Of a stretch of 64,000 nucleotides of DNA, positions 1-10,600 are shown one piece after another. Location of the stretch: the NCBI GenBank assembly GCA_000708835.1, contig DF236961.1, forward strand, positions 186,001 to 250,000, in the 5' to 3' direction. Numbering within the stretch: the first letter of the stretch is position 1; every line of letters begins with the position of its first letter. The notes under the pieces were generated by a model. That model did no database searches. It was not told the DNA's origin and saw only the letters and a program-made list of their open reading frames with translations. Position numbers and translations under genes: made by a program. The DNA comes from Klebsormidium nitens (lineage: Eukaryota > Plantae > Klebsormidiophyceae).

Positions 1-3000
1 CCAGGATGCTGAGACAACCCAGCAAAGACAAGAACAAAAAGTATGTGGGGTTCAGAAGCATGATTGCCACGCGTGATAGTCTCAGTGGTTAAGTCTCTTC
101 TTCGCACTTCGAAGACGGTGGGCTTCCATGCGCAATCAGAAGCCAGACGTCCATTTGGTCGATTTGGCCCCGTGGAAACTGGAAGCTGCCGCCAACTAAA
201 CGGCCGTTCCACAAAAAACTTTCAAACGGTCGTGGCAATATATCAAACCATCGCAGCACGCAGACGGTCTTGTTGCGGCGTGTACTTTACCTGCTGAAAG
301 TCAAGCGACGCCGTAGGGGGCTGGTAGATGAAGGGCAGGCCGGGGGCGATTTTGGACGGCCGAACGGAGGGCTCGAGGCCCGGGCGGCGCAAGTACTGCG
401 TAGGGGGGTCGATGGGCGCCGGGGGGCCGCCAGCGGTGAAGACGGGCGCAGGAGGAATGCGCTGCGGGAAGACAGGGAGGGATTCAGGCTTACTGATCTG
501 TGTACAACTTTCGAGTGAGGTCGAGAGAGTAGAAACACACGACTGGTGTGTCTGATTGTCATGTATTAGGTTCCTGTCTTGAAGTTACACTGTACGAAAC
601 ACGAGGGTTGGACGCCGGTGAGCTCGTGGAGAGACAGCACCGAACTCTGGACGTGCCGGAAACTGATGTTGAGGAAAGCCAGCATACGGAATGGAAGGTT
701 CCTTCCAAAATGCCACGCAGTCCGACGCTCACCAGCTCGAGCGGGTTTGAAGCCGCCGGCGTGGGCTTCCTTGCTTTCTTCCTCTGAGGAGCGCTCTCTG
801 CGCTTGCCTCGTCGCCGGAACCGCCCGGAACTCCACGCTTGCCACTCGTCTGAGATCGGCCAGCCATCTGACAGGGAGCTCTTGGCCTCTTTACTTGTGT
901 CGCCTTAGGGATCTTCTTTTGGATTCATAAGGTACTGCTCTCGGGTGGCAAGAAAGTCGAGCTTAGGCACGAAAAGTTAGGGCGCTTGAGGAAACCGGAA
1001 GGCAAAGTCAAATCTCCTCGAGATGGACGGGGAGAAGGTAAAGCATGTGAAATCCGGGTTTGTTGATAGAGAGCCTGCCCTTGAGCAAATCACGTTCCCT
1101 TAGTCCCAACACAGAAAGCAGCTCGAAGTTGCAGCAGGACGTTGGAAGAATTGAATCTGACGACTTGGCCTCGCTTATCTTTCTGTACAACCTTCGGCCC
1201 GCTCAGCTTCCTGTACAACCTTTGGCGCGCTCAATAGCCTTGCTCTCGTCACATACTAGTCAAACCAGAATCTCACCTCGGACTGCGCATCCCCGGGCCG
1301 TTGCCCCCCTTGCCCAGCGGCGCCACTCGGCCCCGCTTTTACAGTGAAGCTCTGACCAGAGGGATACGCCAGGCCGCGAGCGCGCGCGCGTGCCCCTGCC
1401 GGGTTGTCCTGTGGAAGCATCCCCGAGTGCATCGACTGAGGGGGCTCTCCAACGAACTCGTTTAGAGCTTCCTGCAGCGGACCGCTCTGCCACAGCTTGG
1501 CCGCCTTTTGCGCTGTGGCCATGGACGCTGCGGTCGGGTAGCTCGCCTGAGGGCTCCCGATGCCACCAAACTGCGGCGAACAAGAGAACTCATCAATCTG
1601 TTACTGAGAAAGTTGCAACACTTCCGACATAACGTAGGAGACAATGGTGCGTTAATGCACAAGGCCTTGATCCTTTCACAAAAGGCAAAATCATAGCTCT
1701 GTGGAACAAGTGTCATTAAGTCGAAGCGAGGAGCAGTACTCCAATCAAATGTGGGAGCTGTGACTCGCATGTACAAGTGCGTTTTGAGCAAGCAATAACT
1801 GCAAGCTTTAACATGCCAAGAACATCTAACAGCAATCTTCGATATGAAGTTCCTACACACTTCTCTTCTGACTTCGATCAAGCAGATTAGGATCGTCCTT
1901 CAAGATGGTGAATAAGATATAAGCCCACCTGCTGTGCTTCTCTCTGGCGCGCCTGCTCCCTCAGCTGTTTCCGCTGATCCATCCGGTCCTGCTGCGCCAA
2001 TATGAACCTCGCCGTGATGTCAGCCGCGCTGGGCCTCTCTGGGATTGCCCCCGGATAGTACTGGTCCAACGAAAGCCTCCGCTGTGCCCCAAAGTGCGCC
2101 GGCGATGCTTGCTCGGGGACATTCATTTGGAACGGGGGCGCTTCGGTTCCCTGGAGCCCTTCCCCCCCTCCCTGCGCGAGGTTCATGAACGCAGACGGGG
2201 ACACTTCTTTGGGGGGAGACGCGCTGGCCTTCTGGAAGAGCTGCTGCAGGGCTGCCCTGGCGGGCGTCGCCCCCCCCTGGGGCGGCGTTCCCAGGAGCTG
2301 CTGCTGCGCGCGGAGGAACTCGCGCGAGTTGGGGGACAGAACGTCCTCCAGGAACGCGCCGGGGGGCAGGTTGTCAATCGCCACGCGCAGCGACTCCACC
2401 TTCCGGATCGCCTCGCTCGTCCGGGGAAGCGTCGGGGTTGAAAGGTTGAGGATCGACTCCAGGGACGCGGCACCGGCTGTGTTGACCGGGGTGTAGACAA
2501 TGGAGGAGATCGGGGATTCCAGCCCCCCCGAAGCGGTGCGGGGGATTGGTTCGGACAGCATAGAAGGGAGGTCTGGGAGGCCGGGGGTTAGCGAGTGGGG
2601 TGGGGGGGTTGTGCGGGACGGGGGTTTTGGGGTGCTCTGCTGCTGGAGCATGTCGAGCAAGCTTGAGAGGTGGGGTGACCTGCATGGTGAATGTGAGCTG
2701 GCCGTGGTGAGGGGTGTGGCCGTGCGGTGTGCAGTGAGCAGGTCCCAAAACCCCGTGAGTGGTGTAGTTTGGTGTGAGGTTAAGAGAAGAGTAACCAAGA
2801 GCAGAGTGGTGAGAGGGCCGCGTGATGCTGGCCCTTCCATCAGCTGGTATCGACTGATGCTTGTATTAAGGATTTGATTTGTGACTGCTCTGCTTACCAC
2901 TCCTCTGAAAGGTACAGTCTCTTCAGGACTATCTAATACTTCCAGGTGCGTACGCTCGGGCAGTTGTCCTTCTCTTCGTCACACTGTGAAAATGCATGTT

Positions 3001-3749
3001 CTTTCAGAACTTTGAATGGAAGTTCTGATGACAATCGATTGCAGGGAGTGTCATCACAGCCCTAGTGACTTGGTATTCTAGAAACCGAAAGCATAAAGGA
3101 GCAAAAGAATAGCCATTTTCTTGAGTTAGGTCAAGGTCTTATTGGTCAATGTGTCATTTGATTTGAGCAGCTGCTGTTTGACTACTTGTGTGGCACACCA
3201 ATTCCAAGTCAGCAGTTCCTCTGAATGTATCCCAAATCTTAAAGCGAACTTGACTGCTGTCTCTTGAGGATCCACAGCACTGAGCGTGTTCGGGATCAAA
3301 GCCTCCACATCAAATAGAAAGCCGGTCCGCAGTATCCAACAGTTGATGCTTCTTGACAGAAAGCTGATGAAAGTGACAATCTGTTGGCGAAGAACCGGTC
3401 CAAAGCACCCCAAACGATCGGACAATTTGAATGCAAACGCGGCAAGGTACAGCGATGTGCACATAAGTGCTTCTGGTCCAATGGGAGAGGCATCTCAGTT
3501 TTTGGCTGCGTTCAGGAGTCCCCCTGCAAATAGTCACTTCAGATCAGTCAGCAGTGTTAGAGTGGAAGTGGTGTGAGGTGCAGTGTGTAGTGCGTGTGAT
3601 GAAGGTACTCACTGCCCCGGTGCTGGACCAAAGCCCTGTGCTGCCTCCCCTTCCAAAGCCCCTGGGACAAATAGCCCGGCCCCAAAGAGAGCTTCCAAGA
3701 GTGCATTGTTATCCTGCTCCTGGCCAGACTGCCCTGGATTATCTGCCAT
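1..3749 (-). CDS. LRL-like bHLH paralogue 1, 3'-truncated by the window edge (bHLH domain itself not in window)
   Basis: Phase-consistent GT-AG exons: 3749-3613 (MADNPG..NALLEALFG), 2679-1929, 1570-1277, 867-733, 497-291, and a further acceptor at about position 8. Shares motifs with the LRL gene at 26974-33751: KVESLRVAI..EDVLSPNSREFL vs [21 protein letters not shown]; KLWQS vs ELWQS; GKRG..EASAESAPQRKKAR vs [19 protein letters not shown]. Family call is by paralogy only. Confidence 0.65.
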
Positions 3750-4670
3750 GCTTCGGAACTAGGTACTGTTAGGCCGATCTTAACGGTGTTATCTCAGCCT
3801 CTTGTGTTCCTCAGACAAGCGCTTCACTCCTTTCTGAACTGCTGAATCCTCCTGATACTGTACAGATGCCCGACCAGCTAGCATTCTCTGACAAGCTCCA
3901 GCAGCTGATTCACTCCACGCCTAATTTGGAAGTGTACCTTCCCGAAATTCTGAAGACCTTGCGAATCAGCTTGCGAATCAACTTATATTTGGATCCGGCA
4001 CCCCTTCTGATCAGCTTCCAGGCATTACGTGCAGCCAACTTAGAGTGTCCAGAACCAAACACGTTGCTACCGTAGCTAGCTACACGTTGCTAATGCAAGT
4101 TTAGCTTGAAGCTAGTCCTTGAAGAGGCAGCAGAGCAAGCAGCATTCAGGACGATGGCGCGCCCCTCTCTCTAATCCCGACGAAGTTGGAAGTTCGGCAG
4201 AGCGCCTCCACAATCCATTGACCAAGCCTTGCAGCTTGCTGCCGTCACCGAAGTCCCAGCCCTTCACTTCGAAATTTGAATCCGGATGGACCGGAGCACG
4301 AGCTGTTGGTCACCGAATTCTGGCCGTCCATGCGCCGAATGGAATGTCGCCACGTACTGGCGGGGGCTGTTCCAAACCCTAGATCAGCCGCGCGCGCTTA
4401 CGCGGCCGCCCCTGAGTCCTAGCCGCGCGGGCCAGATCATGATCGGATGAAAGCTCTCGGCGGCCCGGCCGCGACGCGCAGATAACTTCAAGTTCAGTCT
4501 TGTCGAAAAGTTCAGATCTTCATTCTCAAAAGTCGAGACGTGACGGTGAGAGGACTTTGTAGCTGGCGCAGGGGCGCTTCTCTCTCCTGCTTTTCACTTG
4601 GATTTTAAGCTTTCCTGCTCAGAACCGGCGGCGTTACGGTTAGTTTCTAGGAAGGCAGGTCCCTTCCACA
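3750..4670. promoter_or_regulatory. Probable bidirectional promoter / 5' UTR region between LRL-like 1 and eRF3
   Basis: The two start codons diverge about 920 bp apart, with a GC/CpG-rich stretch at about 4380-4480. Inferred from gene arrangement only. Confidence 0.4.
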
Positions 4671-7600
4671 ATGGGGGAGCCAGATTCGTGGGAGGACATG
4701 GACGAGACTCAAGCGCCCGCAGCGCCGGGTTCGGGTGGTCAAGGGGCCCCTCGATTGAATGTCAATGCCCCCACCTTCGCCTTCAATCCCTCTGCGTCCA
4801 CTTATGCGCCACCTTACGGGTACGGTGGTGCTCCAGGCGGCTATGGGGCGCCGGCTGCTTATGGTGCCCCTGGTTATGGCTACCAGCAGCCAGGATATGG
4901 GGCCGGGTACCAACAACCGGGCTACCAGCAGCCCGGGTATCAGCAGCCAGGTTATCAGCAACCTGGGTATCAGCAGCAGGGGGGCGGCTATGGTGCACAA
5001 GGAGGGGGATATGGTCAGCAAGGGGGTTATGGTGGCAGGGGTTATGGGGCCGGTGGCTCTAGTTATCAGGCGCCCCAGTCTCGGGGTCAGGCACCTCCGC
5101 ATGCAGCGCAACCGAAGGCAACAGAGAAGGGCCCGGCGAAGGTGGGGGTGATTGGCATACCGAAGGATCAGCCGGCGAAGCAGGCTGTGATTGGGATGCC
5201 GAAGGACCAGCCTGCGAAAGTCGGGGTTATCCAACCCAAGGAGAAACCCGCGGTCAGCACAAGCGGCTCTGTCGGGCCCAAACCAGCTGCGAAGGTCGGG
5301 GTCATCTCAGCCAAGCCGCAGCCTGCGGAGGCAAAGGCAGAGACGACCAGCGCAAAGGAAGCTCCAGCTGCCAAAGCGGATGCAGCAAAAGTGGAGACGG
5401 CTGCAGAGGAGAAGATGGAAGTGGACTCGCAGTCGAAGGAGGACCATGTAGGACAGAAGGAGGATCGTGACAGCTCAGGTAGAGCATTGCAACCAGTCTC
5501 CTATTGGTGTTCTCAAGCAGCAGTTGATGTGAAGGATTTTGCGCAAATTGGAGGTTTCCACACCCTGTGTATGCGCATTCCTCTGTGTGCGGGTCTGCCA
5601 AAAGGTGGTGGCAGATATGAAGGACAGTGGGCAAAGCAAGGTATGGTGAAATGTAATGCCATTTTGTATTGATGAAGTGCCTCTTAAGTGCCTCTTCATA
5701 TCTTCAGATTGCCTCTATGTGCAGGAGTTGAGGCAGCAGCAAGCGGGATCGCAGCAATGGAAGTATCGGATCAGCATGATACAGGTCAGTCAGAGTCTAC
5801 AGAATCAAGGAACACTGGAAGGCGCCGAAAGCTATTGCTTGCTTAGCCAGAAAAGCTTGGTAATGGTGTGTTTTGCAATGATGCTTTTGCAGAAATCGAA
5901 GACAAGGTGTGCCTTAGGAGAGACTTTTTGGATCACTGATGGCAGTTCCCCGTTACCGTGGGTTATCAATCTTTCATCAAGCCATTCTGGAACAAATAAG
6001 CTTAGGGTTCTCTGATGAGCGCTTGAAAAGAGAACCGACTACTTGAGGGTCCTACTTGAGAATCGCGAGTTCAGTCCCTGGAACAGTCCATGCATTGCTT
6101 GCACTCTTTGTATTGGCGTATTGCTGGTTGATTACCAACTAGTTTTATCCGCATACAAAAGAGATCTACACCAGGGCATATGGGGTGCTTTTTTCTGCAA
6201 TGCAGAGAGGAGAGCAGGAAAGGAGGCGGAATCTCATGAGGAAGAAGAGGATCACCATGAGAAGCATCATGACGCTGAAACGGCGGAGCCGGCAGACTTC
6301 GGGGATGACAGGGAGCATTTGAACCTGGTGTTCATTGGCCACGTTGGTGAGTTCGTTGGCGCTTTTGGAGACGCTTCCGTGAGGCTTGGAAACTGCCGTC
6401 AGGCCGTGGCGCTTCCGCATGCAGTTTACCACACTGCCCCAAAACATACTTGGTTACAATCGAAGCCATGTCTTGCAGTGGTCTGATGAGGTTCTGCGAG
6501 CGGTGGGACGAAAAACAAGCAGATATGCTCTGTGGCAGATGCATCTCAATGATGTCAGGAGGATTGCATCTGACGCTTTTTGTCAGAATGCAACCAGATC
6601 CGCCCCACTGCATTTTGTCAGACTTTTGGCTCAGTTGTCCTCAGCATTGCAGACCAATCAGCTTGTAATAGCAACGAGCTCAGCTGAGGCTCCTAGCATT
6701 TAGCAGGGGTAAGGAATGTTGGGTCTAGAAAGAAGCAATGCATCCCGCTGAAGCTAGTCGTCAAGCCACCAGATCCTAAGAAGCGGGTTTCTCAGGCAAC
6801 TGACCTTGCACGGAGGAACCCCCAGAGTCCTCCCTTCAAGTTGGCTAAAACGTATTTTTCTTTACGTAATGCTTGAGACCGGGTGAGGTTAGTCTGATGG
6901 TTAGGGTGGGCTTGGGGTGCGGAGCATGTGAATTTGGGGTTCGCATTCACACTCGCAACTTGTCCAGGCGCACAGGCCGCAAGTAGTCAGCAAGTGATTG
7001 AGCAGCCTCTTTAGCATGTTCTTTGCCAAGTTGAATCGTAAATGCACTAGCTCGTTTAGAATGAACACAAGAGATTGGCCTCTCGGTTGCTGCAGATGCT
7101 GGGAAGTCCACCATTGGTGGCCAGATCCTGTACCTCACAGGCTCGGTAGACGAGAGAACCATTCAGAAGTACGAGCGGGAGGCAAAGGACAAAAACAGAG
7201 ACAGTTGGTGAGTTGTTCTGACTTGATTGGCCAGGTAAAAGCAGGCACTCCTGTGCTATGGTGGGGGTGTTATCCTTGGCCTCATTTTGTCGGCTCCTAC
7301 TGCATGGCTCCTTTTGAGATTTCGTTAGAGGGTGGCCCAGCTTCGGTTTGGGAGGTCACTTTAGAGCTGGATGAGGCATGGAGACATATCGCTCATGATC
7401 GTAAGGACCAGTCCCAGTCTGCTTAGAAGATTTGGCGGTCTGCCTTCCCCTCGCTCCTTCATCAAGATTACAGGGTTGCACACACAGCTTGACGTCTAGT
7501 TTCAAGCCATTTAGGTCGAGAGAGGGATTTTGAAGCCCTATGGTCGCACATTTATGCGTTTGCTTGTAAATTATGGATCTGTTTCAAGTCCTGATAAGGT

Positions 7601-10600
7601 CTTACCTCGGCTAAGAACTAACCACTCTTGCAAACCTTGTTCCTCTGCAGGTACATGGCATACATCATGGACACAAACGAGGAGGAGCGCGCCAAGGGCA
7701 AGACGGTGGAGGTGGGGCGAGCAACGTTTGAGACCGACAAGCGGCGTTACACCGTCCTGGATGCACCAGGGCACAAGAACTACGTCCCAAATATGATCAG
7801 CGGGGCGTCGCAAGCCGATGTCGGAGTGCTGGTAAGTCTTCTCTTGGCAGAAAGATGCCATTTGGAGGTGATTGATTTGTTATTAATTGTCTTGCATATG
7901 CATGATTGATTAAAGCCAGTGCTATGGCGATCGAGCGGTTTGCCATGCTGGTAAACGGTCAGCAGGAAGCAGTGTTCAGCCTGTGTATCATTTCGAGTGG
8001 ACGAGATCGTGAGCCAGTATGATGCACAGTTCGGCCGAGGATGAAGCCTGGCGGTGGCTTGCGATTCTTGTCGAGGGCACTGGCCGCCCAAACTGGAGGA
8101 CAGTCATTTTCTGCAATCTCACAAATCCGACTTCGAACGCGAGTTTCCTCGTTGCTGCACAATCCAGCCGTCCTATTGGGTTGCAGAAGTCTACAAGAGC
8201 AAAGTCATTTCGTGGTGTGGTCTCTCTTCTGTCAGCGGTTGGACTTGCAAAGCTTTTTCTTTGTCATCAAACGTGTTTGCTTAACGTTGCAGGTAGTGTC
8301 TGCTCGAAGGGAGATTTTCAAGATCTATTCAGAGGGAAGGGTACTGATCGATACCCTGGTATGTTTCGTTAAAAGTTTATTGCCCCAAAAGGACAAGTTC
8401 TGAGATTAGGTTCAAGCAGGGTGCAGTGATTGATACCGAGGTTACTTTCGCCGCAGGTCATCTCTGCGCGGAAGGGCGAGTTCGAGACTGGGTTTGAGCG
8501 GGGGGGCCAGACGCGGGAGCATGCGCTGCTCGCCAAGACGTTGGGGATCTCGAAGCTGGTGGTGGTAGTCAACAAGATGGATGAGCCCTCCGTGCAGTGG
8601 GCGCAGGAGAGGTGCGCACCTTGACTGATGCCGTTCTGAGATTATCGTGCAATTTTTGCAATCGTTGAATCGGTTTGGGACCCCTCCCCTCTTGAAGGTC
8701 CCAGAATCGATGCTCTTCCCTTTTCGCTCCGGACGGTCTTCGGAATCATCAAAGCAGCAGGTTATTCCATGGCGCTTCTACGTAGATTGCCAGTCCCCCA
8801 TTCTCTGTTTGTCAGATTGAGAGCGATCCTCGTAGATCAAAGAAACGCTTGGTCTTTTATCGAGTTTCTTAGCTTGATTCTGGACGTTCCAGCACATTTT
8901 TGGCCTGGGAAGGGATTTACCTTTCCCGAGTTCCTTTGTATCGTTCTGTTGTCCCTCCTTTCCCAGTCGTCGTTTTGCTTCAAAGTCTTAACTTGTTTTT
9001 CCTCCCTGCAGGTTCGACGAGATTGTCACGAAGATGTCTCCGTTCCTTCGGGGATCGGGCTTCAACCTCAAGAAAGGTGAGTGTAAATACTGAAGCAGCT
9101 AGAACCTTTGTCTGTGGTTCGTTAGGTCTGTGTTGGAAGAGTCGTCCGATTTTCCAGATTTTACCGGTCCTCAAGGCCGAAATATCTCTTCCTCAGGATC
9201 TTTGGGCTCGTTCTCGTTTCCTTCTCATACATGCCCTTGTCGCCCACTCTGAGCAACCTCTGTCCAAAGCAATGACCTTAGAGATGTAATCTGTTCTGAC
9301 GGTGACAAGAATGTTCACATCAGGAATGGGACTGGATTCTAATTAGTCGATCTTGCAATTGCCCTCTCCAGACGTCGTCTTCCTGCCCATCTCCGGTCTG
9401 CACGGCGTCAACATGAAGGAGCGCCCTTCCAAGGAGACCATCCCTTGGTACGAGGGCCCCTGCTTCTTCGAAGTCCTGGACAACCTGGAGTCGCCCGACA
9501 GGGACCCCACTAAGCCCTTCAGGTGAGAAACAGAACGGCCGGGCTGTGTTGACAGTGCAAAGCTTGTGATATCCGAGGACCTTTTTCAACGCAACTTGAG
9601 CGCCTTATGCACGGCCCAGAGGGCAGCTTTTTGCATGACCGATTTCAAGGGCAGGAGCACAGTTGATGCTCAGGAATGCTCAAAGCCGTAGACCGAGAAT
9701 ATTTTCGTGTTTCCGGCCGTGATTCTGTGACTCAAAACTAATCCCGCATCCTCCCCGCTATATGTGCCTCCCTACAAAGGGAAAAACGTGGGCACGGTCC
9801 TTTGGTGCAGGTAGTGTACCCCCCTTGTCCGCACGGACTGCTTCCCTATGCTCTCCGTTCACTGCAGGACTCTCGTTTCGTAGCACTCAAGGTCGGTGCA
9901 AGAGCAGTCTTCCCGCAACAACATGTTACGTGGGCTTCGTAAATGTAGGCAGTCTCAGCATCTCTCCCCCCTTTCTTGCAGGATGCCCTCCAGAGCACAA
10001 ACAAGAACAAGGGCACGATCGTGATGGGCACAAGAAGTGTAGCCCCTTTTGGAACCCTTTTCCCCTGACAGCGGATCCATTCTCTTATCTGTGCTCCAGT
10101 CTGCAGGATGCCCTTCCAGGAGGCAAACAAGGACATGGACGCCCGTGGTCGGTGCAAGATTACTGGTGACTCCAATGACAGACGTTCTTGCCTCTGAAAG
10201 TGGGAATCGGTCTCAGCATCCCTCCTTTACCTCTCTTTGCAGGATGCCCGTCCAGGACAAGTACAAGGACATGGGCACGCGTGGTTGGTGCAAGAGCAAT
10301 GATTACTCCAATGATTGAAATCTTGCCTCTGAAAGTGGAAATTATATCTTCCTTTTTCCTCTGTTCGCAGGATGCCCCTCCAGGACAAGTACAAGGACAC
10401 GGGCATGATCGAGTGACATGTGCTCCATTTATTGACGGGGATGAACTCACTGGTCCTGCTTCTGAAACTACACACATTTTTAATCTTTGTTGATTGTTTT
10501 CTTCAGGATGCCCCTCCAGGACAAGTACAAGGACATGGACTTGGGTGATCAGTGCAACAAGAGAGGGGTCCCTCCAGTCCCTCCCTTCGACTACTTCTCC

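Noticed and set aside
1008-1190. Minus-strand ORF initially suspected to be a degenerate bHLH
   Set aside because: Lacks bHLH consensus residues and lies inside an intron of LRL-like 1; only a roughly 29-bp tandem duplication at 1183-1240 is real.
4647-5234. 195-aa minus-strand ORF
   Set aside because: Antisense shadow of the repetitive eRF3 exon 1; no independent motifs.
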